DNA of 63,765 nt, filler included, from Parasitella parasitica NRRL 2501 (GCA_025201805.1; 12 parts of 12 records of this genome joined end to end with filler, not necessarily neighbours in it), one strand, 5' to 3'. Numbered from the whole stretch's first letter, positions 13,646 through 24,332 are shown. Program-made: numbers and translations. The notes: generated by a model from the sequence alone, not told the origin.

Positions 13646-13950
13646 GAATAAACACACCAAGAAGTGCAACACAAAAATACGTTTGGCGTACCCGTCAGCG
13701 TTTAATATGGTTATGAATCATTCAAGCATGTTCGTCTACATCGAGACAAAATATGCAATGTTACAAGTATGCTCTCGCTGGCCTTTATTGAACCATCATC
13801 TTTTACTTTAGTCATTATCGTTTCCTTACATTTCATGAATACATAAAATATTAAGTATCCAATTGAATGACCTTGTTGAAACTTTGGGTAATTGGGGTCG
13901 ATTTCAGCAGCTTCTAGTGCCTCTACCATAACCAATTTTAATTTAGTCGC

Positions 13951-14244
13951 GTTAATGAGTATCAGGGTTCATTATTTTACAACGCTAAAGATCTCGTTTA
14001 TTACATGGAAAATATGATGGTTTATATACTAGTGAATCTAAGTAAACTGATGGGGGGAATAAAAAGCAAGTGTAAGACATGGTGTGATTTTGTGAGAATG
14101 GGACAATAGATTGTATCTATTGTTCATGAACATGTCATGTAAAGTTTATAAATAGGGAACATGATCCATTGGGATATGTTCCTGGATTGTGTACGGGATT
14201 TAGTTTGCATGAGTTTGACTTCTGGTTGGAAAATTGACACATCG
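13951..14244 (-). mobile_element. Diverged solo LTR, family B (inverted)
   Basis: Reverse complement matches 18155-18462 (TAAAGATCTCGTTTATTACATGG...TTGACACATC). Left boundary uncertain; possible TSD GTCGC at 13946-13950 and 14245-14249. Confidence 0.7.
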
Positions 14245-14780
14245 GTCGCAAGCGTGTATCGTCTGCTTCCATAAGCTCTCCCAATCTGTGGCTGCTCTCA
14301 ATGGCATACAGCGAACAACCGCTTCATTTCTTTGCTTATATCCCGAATACCCCAATGCCTCTAAGACAATGTGCCGCGACCAAGTCTCAGCACTTGCAAT
14401 TGGCCTTGCTGATCTTGATTGCCTTTTTGTTTCGAATAACTTTCCCCTGTTTCGACCCAAATCTCACCACTGCCAAGCGCACACAATTCAATAATTTAGC
14501 CCTATCTTTTTTTTTTTTTTTTTTTTTTTTNNNNNNNNNNAGTAAATTTCCCCTGTCTCAACCCAAACCCCACCGATGCCAAGCGCACACAATTCAACAA
14601 TTTAGCCCTATTTTTTTTTGTACAGAAAACAGATACTGGGCTCGCCTTTCGGTGGAGGCAATACTCTTTGAAGGTGAGCAAATATATATATATATATAAA
14701 AATTGGGGATAAATCAACATTAATCGAGCGCTGCATCTTTGGTTTTGACTTTTGAAATCTGGCTTACTATACGGATGCAG
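14245..14780 (+). pseudogene. Fanzor/TnpB-like nuclease remnant (Zn finger + RuvC-III) with right-end sequence
   Basis: SQACIVCFHKL..FLCLYP..CRDQVSALAIGLA, then a frameshift to FRITFPCFDP. Homologous to the C-terminus at 15204-15480. 5' part cut off at the LTR; ends ..TACGGATGCAG|TA. Confidence 0.7.
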
Positions 14781-15067
14781 TATAATCGATCTCTACTTTA
14801 CAACAACAACTTGTTAGTGTCGTTGTTGTTTTGTTCACATCCACAACTTGAACAACATTGCTAATTTTGAATTCACTAGCTTAAGTTCGGATGGTAGTCT
14901 TCACATTCTCATTCGCTCTTCTGTTTTTTTTTGGTTATAAAAAGAGTTGCTTAATCAATGAATATTCATATCTAGACAAATGCTTATACTGATAGAGTAA
15001 ATGAACTATGAGACCAAACGAGAGCCACAATGTTAAGACCGTTAATAAAAAATAGCGCAAAGAGTAA

Positions 15068-15756
15068 TTGCATACGTACCAACAAAAGAGATGGTTATGT
15101 TGTAAAAAAAATTATATAGAAGAAAAAGAGGATGATTTTCTGATAGTAATAAGCTTTATAGAGTTTCTGAATTTACCGAATATAGCCCTCATCGAGGGCA
15201 GGCCTATATTCTTTTCTTGTTCAGAAAGACATCAGCAAGTTTGTCGAAATTGTCAGTTCTTGAAAAACTGGTTTTTGGGTCGAAGGATGGAAATGTCACG
15301 CCGAAGACGAGTTGGGCCACACCTGCCAAACCGATCACAAGAGCACTGAGAGTGTCTCTGTTGTGAGTGTTGTGGGCAGACTTGACAGAGATACAGTCTT
15401 TATTGACACAAATGAATGCACCTTTGACTGTCTTGAATTGGGTTTGGTCGTTGTCTCGTACGACACGTAACGGGTGAGAGACCAACATAACGCAAAAAGC
15501 CTTTCGTTCGTGAACCGACACCAAGTCCGCGATCACCTACAAACATAACAAGGCGCTTGAGCCTTTTGTCTTCGTCGTCGATGCAATGATTTCGTTCAGT
15601 GGAGCATTATTTATCAATGAATTTTCTTTTCCGCAACTCGTATTGTCTCTTCTTTTTTGCAAGGTGAGCAGAGTTGTAGAAGCTTCGGACCTCCCCAGCA
15701 CGACTAAACTGTTTGTTCTCCCAGACAAGTAATTCATCAATTGTGTTGACGTCGGA
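15068..15756 (-). pseudogene. Fanzor/TnpB-like nuclease remnant with internal deletion
   Basis: Minus strand reads VRSFYNS..KKRQYELRKRKFIDK*CSTER..LVMFVGDRGLGVGSRTKGFLRYVG, then jumps frame to LSHP..KGAFICVNKDC..HNRDTLSALVIGLAG..TFPSFDP. The RuvC-II Glu and first CxxC segment are missing; premature TAA; 5' end lost in the gap. Confidence 0.75.
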
Positions 15757-15856
15757 NNNNNNNNNNNNNNNNNNNNNNNNNNNNNNNNNNNNNNNNNNNN
15801 TTAATTAATTAANNNNNNNNNNNNNNNNNNNNNNNNNNNNNNNNNNNNNNNNNNNN
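15757..15856. other. Artificial contig spacer (N44-TTAATTAATTAA-N44)
   Basis: The same 100-nt spacer, with stops in all six frames, also starts at 20815, 42853, 46721, 48255, 50692, 52202, 55407, 58172, 60367 and 62576. Confidence 0.97.
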
Positions 15857-15975
15857 GAGCTTTATACACCTGTCGATTTGATAATAAAACCTATACCTTT
15901 ATCAAGTTGAGTTTATTGTTTTTTTATTATAATTTTTTTCCGTGAATCCATATAACAATTTATACCGATTCCACA
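15857..15975 (+). mobile_element. 3' end of LTR family A, abutting the Helentron ORF
   Basis: GAGCTTTATACACCTGTCG..AATAAA..CCGATTCCACA, nearly identical to 44606-44721. Confidence 0.8.
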
Positions 15976-16784
15976 CAGTGTTTAAAAAACCCACATTTCT
16001 TGAATTAGAGTGTTTGTGCCACCCCAATAAGTCATAAGTAGCTTCGACAACACCAATTATCCTCGTTTTTAAATGGTCAGATTCTTTGATAAAGGAAGAT
16101 TTTTGACGAAAACCTTGTTAGCCTTTACTTTGCAGGTTTACTGAAGTACCATAATTGTCTTTAGCCATGTACTTTGCTATATATTTGACTGCTTGTGGCC
16201 CATCGTTATATTGTATGTCCATGTTTGTCCGAAACGCTGCCAATAGGTATGGATTGTAGTTATTAACCATGCAATCAGCTACACCTCTACGGTAAGTGAC
16301 ATGATGATCTTCATCCATGTAAGTTATCGTTGCTTCAGGCTTGGGAAATCCAAAGCGACATGGTCTCTCTGGTTTTCCTCGTTTACAGTAGCTTTGAATT
16401 TAAAAGTGTGTTAATTTACAATTGAGTCAAAAAATACAAAAACTTACTTGACATTGCAAGAGTGTAATTGATGCTTATTTACAAGGCGATGCATCAAAGG
16501 ATCTCTGCTACTATTTCCCTGAGGGAACCATGTATGAACAACGTCTAAATTAATTAGTTGGTGAACAGTTTCCTCGGTCCAGAGCACCAAATGTATGTGG
16601 GGACTACCCCTGTCTTGAACCTCCAACACGCAGCTATATTCATTTATGCCACCAATCTGATTTGCGAAGTGGCCTAGTATGTAGCTCTTGAAGAACTTTA
16701 ACCATTTTCTTTTCCAATGAAGAGCAAAAACGACAGGATCATCCCATGCATTAATCATTCCAGGAATCAAGTTTTGGAAATCCG

Positions 16785-17075
16785 TGTTATGCGCAGAGGA
16801 TATATAAATATGATCTGCTCAAAAAAATGTATAACTTTATAGAAATAAAATCAGACACAAAAACTAATGACTTTATTGATAAGAAAATGCCATCTTTTTA
16901 TACTAGATTATATCTATTGTAACACTATTTGTCATCATGGTTAAACATTGAACTTGGTATGTAATACCAAGTTTATTACATGTTCTACTGTACATTAATA
17001 GCTTATTCCTTGTCATTGTATACAAAGAATTACCAATCTAATAATTGCTTAATCTCATGCCTTTCTGGCACAACA
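16785..17075. mobile_element. Solo LTR family C (291 bp)
   Basis: TGTT...AACA termini; TSD ATCCG at 16780-16784 and 17076-17080; interrupts Rep just after motif 1. Confidence 0.85.
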
Positions 17076-18154
17076 ATCCGCGCTATCGTCAGCACACGAA
17101 AATGTCAGGAATAGTTGAGGCGAACCAAGGTTGTCAAAAATACATTGGAGATCGAGAAAGTTTTTCCTTTTGTATGCATAAGAAGATCTAATTTGAGGTG
17201 GAACTGTTGACACTAGATTTTTGTTCAGTTTTTTCGTTTGCGAATTCACAATATCACTCTGCTTTAGCTTGGTGGTTCTTCCCTTAGTTGACACAACAAA
17301 TCTGTTTGCCAATGCAATGTTCTTTTTCTCTACTGCATCTAGCATAAAAAAAAGAAAGGATGGGTCCTGAGCAAATCTCCTGTCTCTCATCAATAAGCGG
17401 GTTTTTGCATAGCTAGTAATATTTTCACCCCTTAGCGTTGCAATGGCCACTCCATCTCTTTCCTCAGGGATATTTTAAATATTTTGCTCTGCAGATGTAG
17501 CAGTTTCTACTGACGTTCTGAAACTTTGCACCAGCGAATAATGGCCAGTGCATGTTGTAAAAAGATGAGGAAAAGTAAGGGCAAGGAGACTTGGGTGCGA
17601 ATATTTGATCATTTTCCCGCCATCATCTTGACCTATGATCAAATCTTTGAAATCAAAATCCGTTGCTTGTGGGTTTGTGTCTTCCATTGCAAAAAGAGCA
17701 TTGCTTTTCCAGTCAGCGGCAGCCCCGATGTGCTTTCTATTCTCTAAAACGTGATAATTCACCAATGAGTAAGTGAGCTTGGGTAGCTTGTATCTTGCCA
17801 GAAGAGGATTGACAGCTTGCAGAGCTTTGTAAACATCTTGAACCTTTCTTTTGTTGATATTATCAGGTTCTCCACGCTGAAAAAACAAACTCAATGTACC
17901 ACCATATGCCATTTCTGCAAATTCATAGTTGTGCAATCTATTCATTGAACCAGTCATAACAAAGTGGCCTATTCTTCCACGGGTTAAGGTTGATTTTCTT
18001 GTTATTTGAGAGTACAACTTGATTGGAGACAGGACAGATTTTTCTCGGTAGTTCAAATTGTTGGATCCAGGCACTAAATCACCTATGAAAACTGGATAAG
18101 CTAATTTGATACTCTCAAAATCAAGTTAGAATATCATTATACCTGGATACGCAA

Positions 18155-18462
18155 TGATGTGTCAATTTCCCAACCGGAAGTCTAACTCAAGTAAACTCAA
18201 TCCTGAACACAATTCAGGAACATATCCCAATAGATCATGTTCCTTATTTATAACTCAACATGACATGTTCATGGATAATAGATACGATCTATCGTTCCAT
18301 TCTCTAAATCACACCATGTCTCACACTTGTATCTTATCCTCCCATCAGTCCACTTAGATTCACTAGTATATAAACCATCATTTTTTCCATGTAATAAACG
18401 AGATCTTTACCTGATTAATTCACAACCGTTTTATTTGAATAATTTCTCATTCTGATAAATCA
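18155..18462 (+). mobile_element. Solo LTR family B (308 bp)
   Basis: TGAT...ATCA termini; TSD CGCAA at 18150-18154 and 18463-18467; TATATAAA followed by AATAAA; empty site visible in Helentron copy 2 near 56453. Confidence 0.92.
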
Positions 18463-18699
18463 CGCAAATTATACAACGCTGGTCTCATCGCACTTCCAAT
18501 GCGTGGTGTAAACCATGTAATAGTCCTTGTTTTTCTCTTGTTTTTTTATGGGATCTATCTTCCATTGAATACATGGCAAATCAAGAGGCGAATGGATCTG
18601 ACGATAATTTTTCTCCTCGGGGTAAAGTAACTTCATACAAAAGCAGCAATGGCCGTCTGGTTTTTACATGATAAAGTTTTGAAAAGATTTGATTTGTGC

Positions 18700-18910
18700 T
18701 GTTATGTCAAAAGTCTGATAAAATAAATCTGCCAAAGAATTACACCTTTATTCATAATACATCTCTCGATGTATTATATACACATTCATTACACTAGGGT
18801 TCTACTGTCTAGCTGCATAATGTAAATCATGACTACCCATGATTTACTGTAAGACCCTGGGACTGATCTGAGATCCTGATGTGAGACCTTGCCATGTTAT
18901 TGATATAACA
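18700..18910. mobile_element. Solo LTR family D (211 bp)
   Basis: TGTTAT...ATAACA termini; TSD TGTGC at 18695-18699 and 18911-18915; empty site in copy 2 near 56690. Confidence 0.9.
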
Positions 18911-19866
18911 TGTGCCTTTTCTCCATTTGTAAAGGATGACAAGTTTCTGTCTTCGACTCGAAATACAAAAAGAGACATAGTATTAATTATTTGATTAAGA
19001 TAGTAAAAGCTTTCAAGTTTAATTGAAAGAGACAAAAAAGATACTTAAAACAAAGCTATTTATAAAGCAAAAGAAGAAAGCTTGATATTTTAATGTTTTG
19101 AAATGCACGATAAATTTAACATTAACCTTGCATATATATATTAATGATTTATTTCAAAAAAAAAAATTAACAAGGGCGGAGAGGGTGGTAGGGGCGGTGG
19201 TCAACATCTAAAGATTCATCTGAGAACATGACGGGAGCTCCTCATCCGATTCTTCCTCAGGAACCAGAGAGATCAGATAGGGGGGGCAAAGGGACGACTG
19301 TTGTCTAGTATGTTGACCAAGGAGAGTTCAGAATCTTCCCAGTCAACTTTTGGTACCTTTTCATTGAATAGGTACTCAATGTCCCTTCTTCTTTCAACCA
19401 ATTTGTTACTTTTGCGTCTTTTAGCAAAAGTCTCTTTTATGATAACCGGATTACGAGTCTCTCCTTTCTTGATAATCCCCATTTCGCCTATAGAAACTTG
19501 TTTAGTAGATGATCATTAAGCTACTTGACATTTTAACTTTACAAAGATCGTCATGCATATCAGAGAAATACTGAGCAAAGGATTCCTTCGTCAGCTTTTC
19601 TTGTCGTACCACCTCGTCGTTATCGATGTTTTGCCAAACAAATTTGTAAAGCATGTATTTTAACTTGGTGGTATATTTGTTATCGTAATGGTCAGCGACC
19701 ATTTTGAGAGCGTCAGAGGGGATCAAGTTATTATCTTTGCCTACGCTAGGATAGGGCCTTACACCAGTGACGTTCATTCTCAAGTTAATGAACGCCCGAG
19801 TGCTGTCATCATTCATGTACGCATAAGCGTTCATTGATCCTAGAGATTGCATGTTAATAAAGGCTC

Positions 19867-19981
19867 TTCTACTGTCTATCTGCATAATGTAAATCATGAC
19901 TATACCCATATGATTTTCTGTAAGACCCTAGGACTGATCTGAGATCCTGATGTGAGAGCTTGCCATGTTATTGATATAACA
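19867..19981. mobile_element. Half copy of LTR family D at a deletion junction
   Basis: Matches ~18799-18910. Fused directly to Helentron sequence TAAAGGCTC, where copy 2 continues differently. Confidence 0.8.
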
Positions 19982-20814
19982 AATGGAGCAAAAGAGCATT
20001 ATATGTTTGTTGTAAACCAGCTCTAAGTTTCAATGTGTAAGTACTGGCATGCTGATTGTCTATGCTAAAATGAAGTGGGAAGATGATTATGTATTTTTAA
20101 TTCTGTTTATTTTTTTTTTTTTTTTCATTTCTGTTTTTCTCATAAAATCAGGATTAATTTGGCTAAGTCAACCCTAAAATCCTAAAAACAAAAAAACAGG
20201 GTTTCCCCCTGTTTTGATGTTAGGCGGGGCTTGAAATTCGACCAAGAATAGAAATTGGTAGAATTTCAAGGAATACCACCCCTAAAAGCCAAAAAATGCC
20301 TTACCGCACTTCCTAGCTTCGGATAAAATGGCCCATCTCAAGAACTGCTAGGGTAAGCACAGTCGATGAGTAGAAGCAGCCTACATGCTCCTGTATGACC
20401 CGGATAAAGACCTAATGTCAAGTTTCAATGATAGGCCATCCACTTGACACGAAGAGAGAACCAAACCTAAATGTAAAGCAAAAGAGATTTTTCAGTTAGT
20501 AAAAAAGCTTTTACAAAAACATAATAAATGATAATACCTGAATGACTACTGCACTAGAAACACGCCATCTTGTATATTGTTTTCTTGTGATAGGTACTAT
20601 AAAAAACGCGTATGAGAGTGTTAGTTATGGTTGTTTAGAAAACGTGAGTAATATAGTTACTGGTTTTTAAAGAAAAAAAAGACTTTACCCAAAATCAAAG
20701 AGGTATAACGTGTAATACCAGCAATAATCAACACAAAGTGCATGCATTTGCATCGTAGATAATCAAAGATAAGAATATATAGTATATAGTGTAGTAGCAT
20801 AATAATAGTGTAGT
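19982..20814. repeat. Dispersed repeat with near-identical structured core (second copy 58272-59090, inverted)
   Basis: Aligned by eye to the reverse complement of 58272-59090; core 20074-20449 differs at only a handful of positions. Confidence 0.9.
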
Positions 20815-21800
20815 NNNNNNNNNNNNNNNNNNNNNNNNNNNNNNNNNNNNNNNNNNNNTTAATTAATTAANNNNNNNNNNNNNNNNNNNNNNNNNNNNNN
20901 NNNNNNNNNNNNNNCAGGCATGATCATCGCTATCTGAGCATACCTTGATTTCCTTTGGGCAATGTCTCTATCAAAAGTTATCTGCGAAAACAGTTTTATT
21001 TTTCAATATATAAATGATCACACAGATATTTGATCATAACTTCTGCTGAAAAAACAGTAGAACCGAGATTTAGCTTGAAAGACATAGCGTTGACTAGGCA
21101 AGTAAAAGCCTAAAACACAATTGACCCCATGTTGGTATGAAGAACCATCAGATACAGCCTTGCATTTCTCAAGGAACATGTTGCCCCACCAATTATTGTG
21201 ATCTTTGATGTACATTCCACTAAACTAGGCATACCCAATGACTTAGCACAAATCAGATGCCATACGCTAAAAATTATCCTTGCAGACCCTGGGCCAATTT
21301 TCTTTCCATTCTGGACTATATCACTGTCATAGCCATGTGCACAAACTACCACTTTAACCATTGGTTGCAGTAGGACGCTTTTTACGCAAGCAAAGAAGAC
21401 TCTGTAGAACATGGACAGCAAGGAGCGTGTTGATGAGACGATGCAACTGCTGTATAATATTGCAAATGAATTTTCGAAAATGATGCCTACCAAGTGAATA
21501 CAACACAAATCTCTTGCCGGCTTTAGATCAGCCAAACACAAAATCACCCGATTTTGCTTTTGTTGAAAGCTTCAAAAGTAATGAAAAGAAGATGAGTTGG
21601 GGCGCTTGCTTGGATACTGGAAGAGCAAAAGGTTTTTTCGAGTCTTTTAAAGATTTTAGCAGTTTAAACAATAATAAGCAAGCGTCAATTGGCACTGAAG
21701 GCACTGGGTAAGATATATAATGAATAATAGCGTCCGCTTTATTTACTAGTAGTTGCCATTATTTCAATTGCATGCGTATGTGATGGAAAGTTGATATCTG

Positions 21801-22026
21801 TCACTTTTTATCTTTGGACGTGCTTTCTTTGGTCTCTTTGGCTTCTAGTGAAGTTTTTAAAGCCTCTATCTGCTTGGCTTCCTATGGCAGTACATGAATT
21901 AGTTGTAATGCGAATTGTCATTATATAATACCAAATACTCACTTTTTCACGGGCATATTGATTTTCAAAAGCTAGTCTTCTTGAACCAAATTCCTTTGAT
22001 TCTGCGGTAGCCCCAGATTGATTCAT
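21801..22026 (-). CDS. Mitochondrial F1Fo-ATPase inhibitor-like protein (IF1/Inh1/Stf1 family), 2 exons
   Basis: Exons 22026-21943 and 21881-21801 give MNQSGATAESKEFGSRRLAFENQYAREKEAKQIEALKTSLEAKETKESTSKDKK, matching the IATP pattern F..RE.A.E..Y.R..E..Q...LK. Confidence 0.7.
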
Positions 22027-22258
22027 TTTTAGTTTTTCAGTTCAAGATGAAAGAAGTTGGAATTCGTCATCTAATAAGAACTTGCCAGAAACGAAAACGA
22101 TTGACGCATAAATGGTCCCGTCTTCTCCGAGGAGCATGCAAGTCTCCAATCATGAACGAGCACTTCAACCCCAGTGAGAGTATAAATAGTGCCTAAACGC
22201 TACTTAAGACTACGAAGCATTTCTTTCATTATACGATAATATATACGACAAAACAAAT

Positions 22259-22843
22259 ATGGGCCGATCAAGACAGGTAATAATTGAAAATATGAGCATG
22301 TGCAAACCACTAACAATAAATCCAGACTCGTCGTTCTGGACCTTCACAACAATCCCGTAGTGCTCACACTATGCCTGCTAGACAAACACCCCCACCTCAA
22401 CAGCAACACACTCCTGTGCAGCATCAAACACCTCCTCCGCCTTCTATTGCACAGCAGCGTCAGCCCGGAATGTTTGCTCAAAGTAAGTGTGGAATGTAGG
22501 GATTGAAGAACTGAGCTGACAACGTATTATATTAGTGGCATCTACTGCGGCGGGTGTAGCTGTTGGTTCTGCTGTAGGACATACTATGGCCAACGGTGTT
22601 TCGGCCATGTTTGGTGGTAGTAGTGGTGTTAGCGGTGAGAACCAACCCCAAGAGCAACCTCAGCAGCAATATCAACAACCCTACCAACAGCCTTTGGCCG
22701 CCCAGAATCAAAACGGAGTATCTTGTGAAGCAGATGCCAAGGCATTTACCCAGTGCCTTGAGGCTACTAATAACGACATGTCTGCTTGTAAATGGTATTT
22801 AGACGCATTAAAACAATGCCAACAAATGGCTTCTCAATATTGA
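22259..22843 (+). CDS. MIX17: Mitochondrial twin-CX9C protein Mix17/CHCHD2/CHCHD10 homolog, 3 exons
   Basis: QPGMFAQMASTAAGVAVGSAVGHTMANG and C-x9-C..C-x9-C (CEADAKAFTQC..CKWYLDALKQC). Confidence 0.92.
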
Positions 22844-22866
22844 ATCATACAATAAAGTTTTATTTC

Positions 22867-24332
22867 TTATCTACGTTCATAATCAAAATCGAGATCAAAT
22901 TGAACATAAGGTCGGTAACTGCTGTCGTTGACAGATTGTAAGTCATGATCCAAAAGCTCGTCTTGGTTTTCATTCTTGATGGCTTGACCGTGAACACCGC
23001 CTAGACGACCGTATTGAGCAACTAGAGTTTCATCAATTTTCTTTTCAAACTTGGGCTTTGGCGAGATAGTGACTGAAGAGAAATCAGGAGGTAATCCGTA
23101 ACGGAGCACTGACTCGACAAAGACTCGGAGAGCTTTGAGATGCAACCAAGAAGCAAAGGTTTCCCCAAAGTTTGTCTTTGTTAAACGCAACAATTCAGCC
23201 TGCTGCTCGCGTTCGGTAGCAGACGCTTCCTCTAATTCACGTTGTTGGGTTTGCAGGGCATCTTCGTCATAGGTAAAATCGCGAGGAATGAACCTTTCTT
23301 CTCGTGCCTTGTGGCTAAACTCATCAATAGTTCTCTTGAATACGGTAACGGTGAACAATCCAAACTCTTCATCTTCCGCAATTTTGCTATGTTTGGTGTG
23401 ATTATTGATGAGAGCAACAACGTATCAGGGGGGGACATACTTACACTGAAGAGCGAGGAACAACCATGTCTGTCAAAGTCTCGTATCTGTTATTCCATTG
23501 CTTGAAAAGTGTCTTGGGAACAGCAACAATTAACGTGGTCAGAAATTCTGAATTCAAGACACAATGCTGCTTCTTGACAATGCCGTTCAGGTTACGAACA
23601 GACAAATTACCCCTAAAATGCAAAAAGTCAGAAGAGGAAGAGGAAGAGAGAAAAAGAGGGCAAAGCTTTACGTCTGTTTGCGCTGTAATGTCTGGAGGGC
23701 GTTCTTATTTTGGGTATACAAATTTAACTTGTTCTTCATGACATTATCGATAGCTGTAACTTCCTATAAAAAAAAGGGGGTTGTTGTTGTTGTTTAACGG
23801 GTTTTGTTTGATGTTTCATAATTTTTACAACACTTACTTGGCTCAAAGTTGCAGTGGTTTCTTGTAAAGATTTATCTGTACGGTATTTCATGGTGTTCCA
23901 TTGGAAGGTTGAAATATACTGATCAATAGGCTCTGTGCTGTTAAGTTAGTGTACGCGTTTTTGTATCTAGAGCGGTTACACTTGCTATCATTCACCAACA
24001 GTTGGTCTTGCAAGTTAGTCTGTTGACCTCGCAATAAAGTGTTCAACATGTCAGCCAACTTGTTCACGGATTGTTCAAATACAGTATCGTATTTGACAAG
24101 ATCATCTGATAAAAGCACCAAAGCATCTAGCGTACCAATCTAGAAAATAAACCGCCTTAATACCATAAAGCACACAGACACACAAATAGACATACACACA
24201 TAAAGTACTAACCTTAAATTCAGGGATGTTCAACTTGTAGACTTGGGCATACTCGGTCAACTTTCCCTTGATATTCAAATAAGTATTTTGCTTGTCGCCT
24301 AAAGCAGGAACCGAGATAAAAGTATACTTCAT
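22867..24332 (-). CDS. VMA5: V-type ATPase V1 subunit C, multi-exon
   Basis: IPEFK|IGTLDALVLLSDDLVK, FQWNTMKY, GNLSVRNL, SEFLTTLIVAVPK, YETLTDMVVPRSS, WLHLKALRVFVESVLRYGLP. Confidence 0.95.

Larger units (their letters stand above)
15976..19866 (-). mobile_element. Helitron-superfamily element (Helentron/Helitron2-type Rep), copy 1, disrupted
   Basis: Rep motif 1 PQLFLTFSCAD; HUH motif 2 EVQDRGSPHIHLVLW; HQLHSC..YC..CRFGFP across an intron; NNYNPYLL..NMDIQ..YIAKYMAK; RIIGVVEATYDLLG..SRNVGFLNT. Has in-frame stops, three internal solo LTRs and part of an upstream accessory ORF. Helicase not present in this contig. Confidence 0.9.

Noticed and set aside
14437-14620. Apparent tandem duplication of ~70 bp around a 10-N gap
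   Set aside because: Flanks a poly-T run and gap; most likely unmerged overlapping contig ends.
15801-15812. Recurrent TTAATTAATTAA motif as a biological or CRISPR-like repeat
   Set aside because: Always centred in identical 100-nt N blocks; it is an assembly linker.
15068-17450. Fanzor remnant as cargo of the neighbouring Helentron
   Set aside because: The two are separated by an artificial spacer; the Fanzor ends look TA/Tc1-like rather than Helitron-like.
20074-20449. Identity of the conserved core as U2, telomerase RNA, RNase MRP or a twister/hammerhead ribozyme
   Set aside because: Only isolated short matches (TTTGGCTAAG, AACCCTAAA, GGGGCTT, CCCGGATAAA), in the wrong order or strand; the required cores are absent.
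20915-21711. ORFs 21018-21215, 21110-21547 and 21514-21711
   Set aside because: No consistent gene model; probably a decayed repeat-derived gene on the plus strand.
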